Assembly (NCBI GenBank): GCA_963822445.1
Contig: CAWGHO010000002.1
Span: 288,001-352,000 of the forward strand
Length of the DNA: 64,000 nucleotides
From: an uncultured Acidobacteriota bacterium
GTDB taxonomy: Bacteria; Acidobacteriota; Thermoanaerobaculia; Gp7-AA8
Reading direction: 5' to 3'
Shown: positions 1 through 13,700 of the stretch, piece after piece
Numbering within the stretch: the stretch's first letter is position 1
How the letters are laid out: every line of letters begins with the position of its first letter
Translations under genes and position numbers: made by a program
The notes under the pieces: model-generated
Database searches by the model: none
What the model was told of the DNA's origin: nothing
Seen by the model: the letters and a program-made list of their open reading frames with translations, nothing else

Positions 1-1054
1 TGCGTTCGTCGCGCGGCTTCATCAGATCAGACACGATCGTCGCCGCGATCGCGCTGAGGGACGACGACAGCGCCGCGGCAAGGATCGCTGCGACCACCAA
101 TCCCCGCAGTGCCGGCGGCAGATCGTTGGCGATGAAGTACGGGAAGATCTGGTCCGAGGCCGTGACCGGCGCGGTTTTGTAGAACGCGAAGAGCAGCACG
201 CCTATGAACAGGAAGCCGGCGAACTGCACGAAGACGATCGCGCCCGAGGCGAGCAAGGCCTTGGCTGCGTTGCGCGGGCGGTCGGTGCACAGATAGCGCT
301 GCACCAGGTATTGATCCGTGCCGTGCGTGGACATGGTCAGGAACGTCCCGCCGATGACGCCCGACCAGAACGTGAAGGTCTTGGTCAGATCGAAGGAGAA
401 ATCGAAGACGGTGAACTTGTTCGCGGCCTGCCCGATGGCGATCGCCTCATCAAGTCCGACGTTGCCGATCAGCACCACCGCTGCGGCAATCGCGCCGCCG
501 ATGTAGATAACCAGTTGCACGACCTCGATCCAGACGATCGCTTCGATGCCGCCGATGAGCGTGAAGATGATCATCACCACGCCGAGAAAGATGATCGAGC
601 TGGCGATGCCGGCGCTCTTCATCAGCGCGGCCAGCACGAATGCGGTCAGCAGCAGGCGCACGCCGTCGGCGATCGTGCGCATGATTACGAACAGCGTCGC
701 CGCGAGGGCTTTCACCGGCTTGCCAAAGCGCGTCTGCAGCACCTCGTAGACCGTCACCAGCTCGCCGCGGAAATACCAGGGCATGAAGACGGCGGAGATG
801 ACGATGCGCGCGAGCATGTAGCCGAAGACGAGCTGCAGGAACCGGAAGTCGCCGCCCATGGCCCAGGCGATGCCGGGCACGGAGATGAACGTGACGGTGG
901 AGGTTTCCGTGGCCACGATCGACGCGGCGATGGCCCACCAGGGAACGCGATGGCCGGCCACGAAGTACTGGCGGGTGGTCTTCTGCCGGCGCGAGAAATA
1001 CACCGACGCGCCGAGAACGGCGACCAGGTAGGCAAGGATGATGAGAAGATCGAT
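1..1054 (-). CDS. Sodium:solute symporter (SSS family), runs off the left edge
   Basis: Not in the ORF track; manual translation gives IDLLIILAYLV...YFVAGHRVPWWAIAASIVATETSTVTFISVPG...THGTDQYLVQRYL, typical SSS motifs. No ATG before TM1; ATC at 1054 is the best-placed start. Confidence 0.9.
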   Translation of the reverse strand, partial: MDLLIILAYLVAVLGASVYFSRRQKTTRQYFVAGHRVPWWAIAASIVATETSTVTFISVPGIAWAMGGDFRFLQLVFGYMLARIVISAVFMPWYFRGELVTVYEVLQTRFGKPVKALAATLFVIMRTIADGVRLLLTAFVLAALMKSAGIASSIIFLGVVMIIFTLIGGIEAIVWIEVVQLVIYIGGAIAAAVVLIGNVGLDEAIAIGQAANKFTVFDFSFDLTKTFTFWSGVIGGTFLTMSTHGTDQYLVQRYLCTDRPRNAAKALLASGAIVFVQFAGFLFIGVLLFAFYKTAPVTASDQIFPYFIANDLPPALRGLVVAAILAAALSSSLSAIAATIVSDLMKPRDER

Positions 1055-1070
1055 CGCGCGAGTCTAAATC

Positions 1071-1793
1071 ATGAAGACCATCGTCTGGATTCACGGCTTC
1101 CCGCTCTCGTCCGCCATCTTCGAAAAGCAGCGCGCGATTCAAGGCGTCCAGCACCTCATGCCCGACCTGCCCGGATTCGGCGCAACGCCGGCTCCGCAGC
1201 GCGGCGAGATCACCATGGACAAATACGCGGAACGGATGATCAGCGAGCTGACCACGAGGGGCATCGCCAGAGCGACGTTCGCCGGCTTTTCGATGGGCGG
1301 CTACATCGCCCTGGCCATCGCCCGGATCGCGCCGCATCGCATGGACGGCCTGATCCTGATCGACACGCGCGAAACGGCTGATACGCCCGAGGCGCGGCAG
1401 GGCCGCTACGACACGATCGAGAAGGTGCGCGCGGAAGGCATTTCTTCGGTCGTCGATTCGATGCTGCCGAAGATGCTCACCGCAAACGCGCCGCAGGAGA
1501 TGCGCGACCGCGTCCGCGAGATTATGAATTCGTCCTCGCCGGAAGGGGTGATGGCCGCGCTGAAGGTCATGGCCGAACGCCGCGACTCGACAGCTGTGCT
1601 GCCGACCATCGAAGTCCCGACGCTGATCGTGGTCGGTGCCGAGGATCCCATCACCCCGCCCGCCGACGCCGAGCGCATGGCCGCCGCGATTCCCAATGCG
1701 AAGCTGGTGAAGATTGCAGGGGCCGCGCATCTGGCGAACCTGGAGAAGGCGGACGAGTTCAATGAGGCGGTGCGTGGGTTTCTGGGTTCCTAG
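1071..1793 (+). CDS. Alpha/beta fold hydrolase
   Basis: HGFP oxyanion motif, GFSMGG nucleophile elbow, GAEDPIT Asp and GAAH His. Confidence 0.9.
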   Translation: MKTIVWIHGFPLSSAIFEKQRAIQGVQHLMPDLPGFGATPAPQRGEITMDKYAERMISELTTRGIARATFAGFSMGGYIALAIARIAPHRMDGLILIDTRETADTPEARQGRYDTIEKVRAEGISSVVDSMLPKMLTANAPQEMRDRVREIMNSSSPEGVMAALKVMAERRDSTAVLPTIEVPTLIVVGAEDPITPPADAERMAAAIPNAKLVKIAGAAHLANLEKADEFNEAVRGFLGS

Positions 1794-1861
1794 GTTGCTG
1801 GGCGCTGGGGATTTGCCTGTCGCCTAACCTACGCTAGGTGCACGCCGCGTTCCGAACGCGT

Positions 1862-2112
1862 CTACGCCACAGCCTGTCGAAAAATGATCTGGTCGAAATT
1901 CAAGTAAGTGACACTGCGGGCGAGTAGTGCACCGAAGCATCCCGGATAAACTTCGATTCCGACCTTCTCGATGGAATAGAACTCCCAGCCCTGACTGACG
2001 TAGTGGTCGATGACCGACTGAAGGTTGATTACTGACTGTCTGCGCGTTCGTCGGCCGTATCCGCTTTGATACGGCCGACGAACGGCACAACATGGTATCG
2101 GTAGCTAACCAC
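1862..2112 (-). pseudogene. Frameshifted small gene, DUF4177-like
   Basis: Three frames join to VSYRYHVVPFVGRIK../NAQTVSNQ/LQSVIDHYVSQGWEFYSIEKVGIEVYPGCFGALLARSVTYLNFDQIIFRQAVA*; GGAG upstream of GTG 2112. Confidence 0.6.
2045..2084. repeat. Perfect 17-bp inverted repeat with 6-nt loop
   Basis: cgttcgtcggccgtatc-cgcttt-gatacggccgacgaacg. Confidence 0.9.
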
Positions 2113-2394
2113 AGACTGTCTCCAATTTCGTCTGTCAACCGGCGACAGCGGCTGCAGATGCTTGGCCTCACCTTGCCCAGCTTGTCGGCTAACGCGGTCG
2201 TCGAGAGTGGTTCCTCGGAGGCGCTGCGACGATCTCGTTCGGCTCTTTCCGATTACGTTTGCGGGACTTCTTCTTGCCTGCCTTCGCTGACACTCGCGGA
2301 AGCCTCGTGCGCCGGCCCATCAACATCAACAGCCGCAAGGCCTGCGGTGCGTGTTGTCGAATGAAGGACAGGGTGCGTCGGAGTTTGTGGCGTG

Positions 2395-2582
2395 GGGCAG
2401 CTCTGGCCGCGGTCCGGCGTGGACCTACACTTGTCGCCTGACTGCGACGGCCGCGGGTGTTCGCGCGGATCCGGTGCGAGGCATGTCGGCCCGCGTGGCG
2501 CTCCGGTGAATCAAGGCTCCGCGACGCGCTTCAGAGCCGGGCCGGGCGACCAAGTGCCAGATCTCGCGCTGGTTAGCTGCCC
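2395..2582 (+). other. Degenerate attC-like long hairpin
   Basis: GGGCAGCT (2395) pairs with AGCTGCCC (2575-2582); ends in GTTAGCT core; inner pairing cacttgtcgcc/ggcgaccaagtg. Confidence 0.4.
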
Positions 2583-2636
2583 GCCCCCTCTGGCCCCTTT
2601 AAGGACGCCCAGATATACTGCTGGAACGGGTCCGAC

Positions 2637-3197
2637 TTGAACATCCGACATCTTGCAGCGCGCGTGGCGCGGCCGGTGATTGCCCTGTTCGCTCATTGCG
2701 GACTCGTCTTTCTTTTCCTCGGTGAGATCGGCCTCGTGCACATGACGTTAGTGCGTTGTCGCGGCGATAAGTCCGTATTCTTCAAAGACTTTCCCAGCGA
2801 GTGGTTGCTTGGCGGAATCCTGCGCAACCTGCCGGCCGAGTGGCCATTTCACCTACTCGATGGAATGGTCCTCGTCGGAGTGGCAGTGCTCGGAGTGGGT
2901 GCCGCCGTCCGTGCCTACCTAAAGCACCACACGGAGAGTTGGCGAGATTTTTTCACCAAGTTGGGAGGTACGTGCGGGCCGGCCGCTCTAGAATGGACCG
3001 GACATTCGGCAGGTATGGCGGCGGCGATATTCATCGTTTACGTTCTCGGTGTCGGACTCGAGGAATTCAAGTTGACCTTTAGTCTTTTTGGAAAGGTTCA
3101 GGTGAATTGGTTCTTAGACGCAACTGAACTAGGATTCGTCGTCGGACTTGGTGGGCTCGGTGGGTTCGAAACTGTGAAGGCATACTATGGCCATTGA
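2637..3197 (+). CDS. Hypothetical multi-pass membrane protein
   Basis: 186-aa ORF with about 4 hydrophobic segments, atypical codon usage, TATACT at 2614-2619. Confidence 0.6.
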   Translation: MNIRHLAARVARPVIALFAHCGLVFLFLGEIGLVHMTLVRCRGDKSVFFKDFPSEWLLGGILRNLPAEWPFHLLDGMVLVGVAVLGVGAAVRAYLKHHTESWRDFFTKLGGTCGPAALEWTGHSAGMAAAIFIVYVLGVGLEEFKLTFSLFGKVQVNWFLDATELGFVVGLGGLGGFETVKAYYGH

Positions 3198-3729
3198 TCT
3201 TGCAACATTTCGCGTGACGTCAGCGTTGCCGGCCCACGGACGTAGCGCAGAACTGGCCCGCCGTGCAGCGCGGATCGTCGGAGCCTACTTGCTTGTCGGG
3301 CTCTCCTTCGGTCTGCTGGTACTCTCCCTTCAATTCCCTCGGCTTTGGAGTGCCGTTGGAATTCTCGCCGGTTTGATTTTGGGTCGTGGACTGATCGTCG
3401 CGTTGATCGACTTTGCTGTGTCAAGCGAGGTCTTGACTCGTATCTTTCAGCCCAGGCCATCACAGAGTCACCGACTCCACTTCGATACGATCTATCGCGC
3501 CGTCCTCATCATGTATGTACTCGCTGGTTCGGTTTTGCTTGAATCACAGGCAAAAACCGGAACGGTTCTGGGCGTCGCGCTCGGGGTCCTGCCGGCAGTC
3601 CTATTTGCAAGTGCGGCCGTGCGTAGCGCCGGAGTAATGTCAGATGTGTTTGTTACGCTCTTGAATGAGATAGCGCGGCTCATGCGTGTGCTTCCTCGAA
3701 TCGGCGAACGAACTCGCAGGCGCGCCTAA
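3187..3729 (+). CDS. Hypothetical multi-pass membrane protein
   Basis: 180-aa ORF overlapping the previous gene, about 4 hydrophobic segments; its stop lies within GCCTAAC. Confidence 0.6.
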   Translation: MAIDLATFRVTSALPAHGRSAELARRAARIVGAYLLVGLSFGLLVLSLQFPRLWSAVGILAGLILGRGLIVALIDFAVSSEVLTRIFQPRPSQSHRLHFDTIYRAVLIMYVLAGSVLLESQAKTGTVLGVALGVLPAVLFASAAVRSAGVMSDVFVTLLNEIARLMRVLPRIGERTRRRA

Positions 3730-3759
3730 CGTAGAGACGCAGCAACCCAGCAACGGAAA

Positions 3760-3852
3760 TTACTCCAACCCAATCCCCCCACATCGTCGGCTGCCGCATA
3801 TACCCCGCCCCGAGCGGTCATGCTCGCCGGACACGAGCTGCCGGGCATCCGG
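3760..3852 (-). pseudogene. Relic copy of the 3' end of the WD40 kinase gene
   Basis: Reads PDARQLVSGEHDRSGRGICGSRRCGGIGLE* versus PDGKQLVSGEHDRSVRVYTRRRTVWGIGLE* at 4214-4304. Confidence 0.8.
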
Positions 3853-3862
3853 GCGGAGGAGT

Positions 3863-4165
3863 TCAACGCGGCGGTGACTGAGTCTTTTGTTCGGCGAGAA
3901 ACGTCCGGATGATCGCCCGACTCTTCTCGTCCTTGATCCGCGTGAACAGCCTCTCGCCGAGCGTCACGATCGTCGACGGCTGATCGAAGGGAAGCTTCGC
4001 GTACATCGTTCCGCCCGGGAAGTGGCACGGCTGACACTTGCCTTGCAGAATCGGCTTCACCTGCTTCCCGAAGTCGACCCGCTCCGGATCGGCAGGCCGC
4101 GGGTTTTCAGCGGGCGGCGCGCCGCCCGCGACGAGGAGGATCAGCAACAGGATCGCGACGCGCAT
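3863..4165 (-). CDS. Small secreted monoheme c-type cytochrome (Planctomycete cytochrome c-like)
   Basis: Signal peptide, VDFGKQVKPILQGKCQPCH with CxxCH, later Met as possible distal ligand. Confidence 0.7.
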   Translation of the reverse strand: MRVAILLLILLVAGGAPPAENPRPADPERVDFGKQVKPILQGKCQPCHFPGGTMYAKLPFDQPSTIVTLGERLFTRIKDEKSRAIIRTFLAEQKTQSPPR

Positions 4166-4213
4166 GGCTGCAAACTAAGCCCCGACCGATGCCGTGTCAT
4201 GTCAAATCGGTAA

Positions 4214-7102
<2,889 letters not shown>

Positions 7103-7750
7103 CCGCCGCCGTCAGCGCGCGCGAGAGCCAGAGCTTCGCCGTGCGCCATTCCCGTTTCACGATATCGGTCGAAACGTCGAGAACCGCCGCCGTTTCTTCG
7201 ATGGTGAGGCCGCCGAAGAAACGCATCTCGACCACCTGCGCTTTGCGCGGCGAGACCATTGCCAGACCGTTCAAGGCCTCATCGAGCGCGAGCACGTCGA
7301 CCGACGGCTCGGCCACCGCGACGAGTACATCGTCGAGCGCCACGCGCGTCATCCCGCCGCCCCGTTTGTTGACGGCGCGTTTGCGGGCTTCGTCGACGAG
7401 CACCCGCCGCATCAGCTGCGCGGTCAGGGCGAAGAAATGGGCGCGATCGCGCCACTGCACACGGTTCGATTGCACCAGGCGCAGATAGGCCTCGTGCACC
7501 AGCCCCGTGGTCTGCATGGTGTGGTTCCTGCGCTCGCCCTGCAGGCAGCGCCGGGCCATCTTCCGAAGGTCGGCGTAGACCAGAGGGAGCAGGCGGTCCA
7601 GCGCGGACTGATCCCCTCCACGCCATTCCATCAGGAGCTCGGTCACGTTTTCCGAAACCGCGGCCGCCATGTTTCTTTCGACGAGTATCCACCAAAGCGC
7701 CGCGAATTCGCGCCTATAGCTCGTGAAGGGTCTACCTCCCGGGAGGATTC

Positions 7751-10700
7751 ATGACACTGCGCGGAATTCGGACCGTCGGATTTCTGGTGGCTACGCTGCT
7801 TCTCTGTCCAACGGAGACATCGGCGGCCACGTTCACCGTCAACTCCATCAGCGATGCCTCCGACGCGACGCCCGGCGACGGCCTTTGCGACATCGGCGGC
7901 AGCATCTGCACGCTTCGCGCAGCCATCGAGGAAGCGAACGCGAATGCCGGCGCAGACACGATCCACTTCAGCATCGGCACCGGAGCACAGACCCTCGCCC
8001 CGGCCACCGGCTATCCGGCGATCATCGAGGCCGTCACCATCGACGGGACCACGCAGCCCGGATACAGCGGCACCGCACTGATCGAGATCGACGGCTTCGG
8101 CGCCGGCCTGGTCCACGGCATCCACCTCGGCAACGGTTCTGCCGGCTCGACGATCAGAGGACTACTGGTCAACCGCTTCGGCAACGTCGGCATCGTCGTC
8201 AGCAACAACAGCATCGTCGAAGACTGCATCGTCGGAACGGACGCGACGAAGACGCAGAACCGCGGCAACGGCGACGACGGCATCAGCATCCACGGCGTTG
8301 ACGGCGCGACCATCCGCAACAACGTGGTCGCCTTCAACGGCAGCAACGGCGTGGCCGTGTACGACCTGGAGAACAGCGCCTATCCGGACTTCACCGCGCT
8401 TACTCCCGACCAGACCGCGATCTTTCCCTCGATCGATTTCACCGACAGCTGCGGCAGCTTTCAGCACGCCGCCGGATCGATCATCGTCGACACCGCCGGC
8501 CGCTCGTTCAACGACCTCTTCGGGATGAGCCTCACGGCGACGATGAACATTCCCACGAGCGGAACCTACAACTTCGATTTCCCTCAGCTCGACGACAACG
8601 CCCGTCTGCTCATCGATGCCGTTGAACAGCTGAACGTCACCGGGCCCGCCGGCGGCGACGTGAACGTGATCCTCTCGGCCGGGCCTCATTCCATCGACGT
8701 CGACTTCCGCGAAGGCGGTGGCGCGGCGAATCTGGTGCTCGAGATCAGCGGCCCCGGGACGCCGACCTTCACCTTCGGCGCCTCTCCCGGTTTTCAGGGC
8801 GAGCTGTTCCAGCTGTCGATCAACTCGACGAACAACACCATCACCGAGAACTCGATCTTCGACAACGCCGGCCTCGGCATCGCCCTCGCCTGCTGCTGTT
8901 CCGACAGCAACGACGCCGGCGACATCGACATCGGCCCGAACGGACTCCTCAACTTTCCGGTGATCACCAACCACTTCTCGAACCTCAACGGCACGATCAC
9001 CATCCAGGGTACGGCGCCGGTCGGCAGCGTCGTAGAAGTGTTCGGCAGTACGAACGACGGGAGCGGCCGCGGCGAGGGCAAGCTTTATCTCGCGACCAGC
9101 GCCATCGTGCCGGGCGACGGTTCGTTCATCGCCACCTTCACTCTTCCCCAGCCGTACTACTCCGTCACGACCACGGCCACCGATGCCGCGGGGAACACTT
9201 CCGAGTTTTCGCTGAACACGCCCGTGCGTCCGCGGCTGATCACGGTGACGAGCAGCGCCGACAGCGGACTGGGCTCGCTCCGCGCCGCGATCGGCGACGC
9301 GAACAGCGACGGCACGGACTCGCTGATCACCTTCGACAACTCCCTGATCGGCGTGGTCATCCAACTGGTCAGCGGTCTGCCGGCGCTGACGGAGAACGAG
9401 ACCACGATCAACGGAGACCTGAACAGCGACTGCCGCCCGGACATCGAGATCAACGGCGGCGGTGCGGCGTCGGTGCTCACCATCAACTCCCAGCTCAACG
9501 TGATTCGCGGCCTGGCCATCCACGGCGCCGGTACGCAGGCCATCCTCATCAACAGCGCAAGCGCCCAGAACAACACCCTCACTTGCAACTACCTCGGCAC
9601 GAACCGCGCGGGCACGTTCGCGCCGGGAGGCGGATCGTTCGGCGCGGCCATCCAGGGCGGAGCGACCAACAACGTGATCGAGAGCAATCTGATCACCGGC
9701 TTCGACGCGGAAGCGGTGCGCATCGACGGCGCAACGCTCAACATCGTCCGCGCGAACACGATCGGTCTCGATGCGAACGGAAACGTCCTCGATCCGCCCA
9801 CCCGCGGCATTCAGCTCATCAACGCCAATCAGAACATCATCGGCGAGCCTGGCCTGGGCAATCGCGTGGTCGCGATCACGGGGTGCATCGACGTAGCCGG
9901 CGGCACGAACAACACCTTCCGCGCGAACACCATCGGCTGGCCGGAAAGCACGGTCACGCCGACCGGCTACGGCATCAGCCTGCACAGCAGTGCGAACGGC
10001 TGCACGGTCGGCGGGACCTCCCCCGGAGAGGGAAACCACATCGAAAACAACGGCGGCACCGGCGTTCTCCTCGGCTGGGCCGACGGCGACAACATTTCCA
10101 TTCGCGGAAACTTCATCGCCAACAACGGCGGCCTGGGCATCGATCTCGACGGCAACGGCGTGACGCCCAACGACGGCGCGGCGGATGCCGATACGGGCGC
10201 GAACGAAAATCTCAACTTCGCCGTTCTCACTCGCGCGACGACGGACGGCTCCACCACAGTCGTAGAAGGGCTGCTCGATACGTCCGCGGGAGGTCTGCAG
10301 ATCGATTTCTACGCGAGCGACGACCGCGACCCATCGGGCTATGGCGAAGGGGCGACGTTCCTCCAGTCGCAAGGCCTCGCCGCGGGATCGTTCAGCTTCA
10401 CCCTGCCGCCTCTCCCCGTCGGAACGTGGATCACCGCGACCACAAACTCCGGCGGAAACACTTCGGAGTTTTCGCTGGCCATCGCCGTGAGCGGTCCCCC
10501 ACTCGGACCGACGGAGCTCGTTGCGTATCCGGTGCACCCGAATGCCATCGCCCTGCGTTGGCGCGATCCGCAATCGAGCGAGACGGCGTTCCGCATCGAG
10601 CGTTCGACGAACGGCGTGAACTTCTCGCAGGTCACCAACGTCGGCCCGGACACGACGACCTACACCGACACGACCGTCGGACCGCAGCAGACGTTCATCT

Positions 10701-13700
10701 ATCGCGTCATCGCCACTTCGCTTTCCGGCGATTCACCGCCGTCGAATCTCGCCACGGCCACGTCGTACAGCACGGCGCCGCTGAGCGTGTGCCGCGTCAG
10801 CATCAGCGGCCAGCAGCAGTTCGCGGGGCAGGCCAGCGCGGTGCACAATGGGTCGGAGTGGGCGGTGGCCTGGTCGGATAAGAAAAACGGGCGCGACGGT
10901 GACATCTACTTCCAGCGCCTTGCCAACGCCGATGGCGCGCCGATCGGCTCTCCGATCCAGATCTCGAATGACGATTTGCCGTCGATCGTTCCGACGCTGG
11001 CCTGGAACGGTTCGCAGTACGGAGTGCTTTGGTTCGATCATCTCCGCCAGCCGGATGGGCAACAGCGATCGGCGTTCTCGTTCGCGGTGCTGGACGGCAT
11101 CGGAACCAAAGTCCGCGGCGACATCCGGATCCGCAGCGCGAACCCCGGAACGCTGAATCCCGACGGACAGATGCCGCTGATCTGGGACGGCGGCGGATGG
11201 GGCATTTTCCTGCTCGAGACCATGGCCAGCAGCCAGCAGGTCGTCTACTACCGCCTCGGAGCGAACGGCGACGTCCTCGTCAACGGCGTGACCCCGCTGA
11301 ACACGCCGGCCTCGAAGTCGCTCGTTTCCGCGGCCTGGAACGGGACGGAGTACGCGTCGGTCTACGTCGTCGCCGGCAACGGCCTGCGCCTGGTGCGCAT
11401 GCAGCCGAACGGAACGGCGATCGGCTCGTTCGTCACCGTCGGTTCGGTCGCGGGCGCAATCACCACGAGCACGAACGTCATCTGGGACGGCACGGCCTGG
11501 GCGGTGGTCTGGAGCGATCGTCTCCAGTCCGGCGATCGCGTCATCTCCATGCGCCGCGTCAGCGCAACCGGCACGCCGCTCGGCGCCGGACCGGTCCGGA
11601 TCAGCGACAACGGCGCGGTGAGCGATGAATACCCGCGGATTCTCAACAAGTCCGGCGGCGGATTCCTGATCTACACGCACAGCACCGTCAATGGCGTCGC
11701 GGAAGTTGGATTGCTGCAGGCCGATGCGAATGGCGACCGTGTGGGCAGCAGAGTGATCGTCAGTCCCAACGACGGCTTCGCGTCGAGCTTCCCGCGTGTG
11801 GCGTCGAATGGAACGAATGCGCTCGCGGCGTGGGAGGAATCCAGCGTCAATCCGTCCGAGGTCTCCGCGGCGGTCGTGGATAACGCCGGAGCTCCCGGTC
11901 CGATTCAGAACCTCACGCCGAGCCGCACGCCACCTTCGTCCTCGACCTTCCCGGTCGTCGTCCCCATCACGCCGAACGGCTTCGTGACCGTCTGGAACGA
12001 GCAGTTCGCGCCGGGCAACTCGCTGCACGCGCGCGTCAACCGCGGCAACGGCACATTCGTCGATCGCAAGCCGCTGACGCCCGGCAAGCCCGCGGCGCGT
12101 CCGGCGGTGGTCAGCCGGGGCTCGAGCTTCGCCGTCGCCTGGACGAATGCGGACACGAACGCGCTGCGCTTCCAGAATTTCGATGCCGAGGGAATCGGCA
12201 TCGCACCGGCGTACGACGTGGCGAATTCGATCGACGTCACGCGCGGCGTGGGACTGGCCACGGACGGCACGATCTGGGGCGCGGCGTGGATCGCGGGCGG
12301 TCAGCTGCAGTTCCAGCGCGTTGGCCAGAACGCCACCATCGGCGCGCCGGTGACCATCTCCGGCATGCCCGGTCCCTCCGATCCGCGCATCCAGTGGGTC
12401 GGCTCAGGATGGGCGGTGCTTTGGAGCGCGAGCGGAAACCTCTGGTACGCGCAACTCGATCCGGCCGGCGCGCTGATCGTGCCGCCGACGCGCGTCACCG
12501 ATTCGTTCAACAACCCCAGCGAGCTCGACCTCCTCTGGACCGGCCAGCACCTCGGCATCGCCTACGCCGAAACCACGAGCCTCTTCTTCACCACCATCGG
12601 TCTGAACGGCATCAAGAACTTCACGCCGGTGAATGTCGCGATCGCTGAAGGATTCGGCGCGCTTTACTTCGATGGCGACGACTTCCATGTCGTGTATCCC
12701 TCGACCGGCGGCGGCATTCGCGACGCCGCGATCTCGACGGCAGGCGTGCTCGATCCGGTGACGACGTTCCATGGCAATCATGGCGAAGGGCGGATTCACG
12801 CCGCGTACAACGGCGCGACCGTGGCGATGGCCTGGGAACATCAGCGCGCGTTGCTCCTGCAGACCACGGCCTGCCAGAACGACGTCACCCGGCCCAACTG
12901 CATCACGCTCAACGGCACGTTCAGCGGCGGCGCGGTGCAACTCAACTGGCCCGCGGCCAGCGATCCGCAGAGCGGCCTCCTCGCTTATCACCTCTACCGC
13001 GACGGCTCGCTGCTCGCGGAGCTGCTGCCGTCGACCCTCATCTACACCGACGGCGGATTCACGCCCGGTTTCGCGCACGCGTACGAGCTGCGCCCGTTCA
13101 ACGGCGCGTATCTCGAGTCGAACGCGTGCACGGTCAAGACAGTCATCGCCGGGATCAGCGTGAATCCGGCGACGCTCCCGAATACGAACGTCGGATCGAA
13201 CTACAACCAGACCTTCACCGCCACCCAGGGAACCGCTCCGTACACCTTCGCGGTCACGGGCGGCGCGCTTCCGGCCGGCCTCAATCTCAACGGCACGAGC
13301 GGCGCGCTGACCGGCTCCCCGACGACCGGCGGCATGTACAACTTCACCATCACCGCCACGGACTCCGTCGCGCAGATCGGCTCGCGCGCGTATTCGTTGC
13401 GCGTCTGTTCGGGTCTCACGATTTTCCCGACGGTGCTCATCGACGGGTATCTCGATCGCGAATACAGCCAGACCATCACCACCACCGGTGCGAGCGGCGC
13501 GGTGACGCTGTCGATCACGACCGGAACGCTTCCCGGCGGATTGACCATGGATGCCGCGGGCTGGATCCACGGCACGCCCACGACGACGGGCACGTTCGCC
13601 TTCACGATCACCGCGACCGACACCCTCGGCTGCACCGCCACGCGCAACTACAGCATCGTCATTCAGACCGGGCAGGCCGCGCGCAGCCTCTCCGCGTTCG

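Noticed and set aside
1064-1072. Pyrrolysine or amber readthrough in ATG-ATT-TAG of the symporter
   Set aside because: No pyl genes seen; the TAG is better explained as part of a TAGACT -10 box
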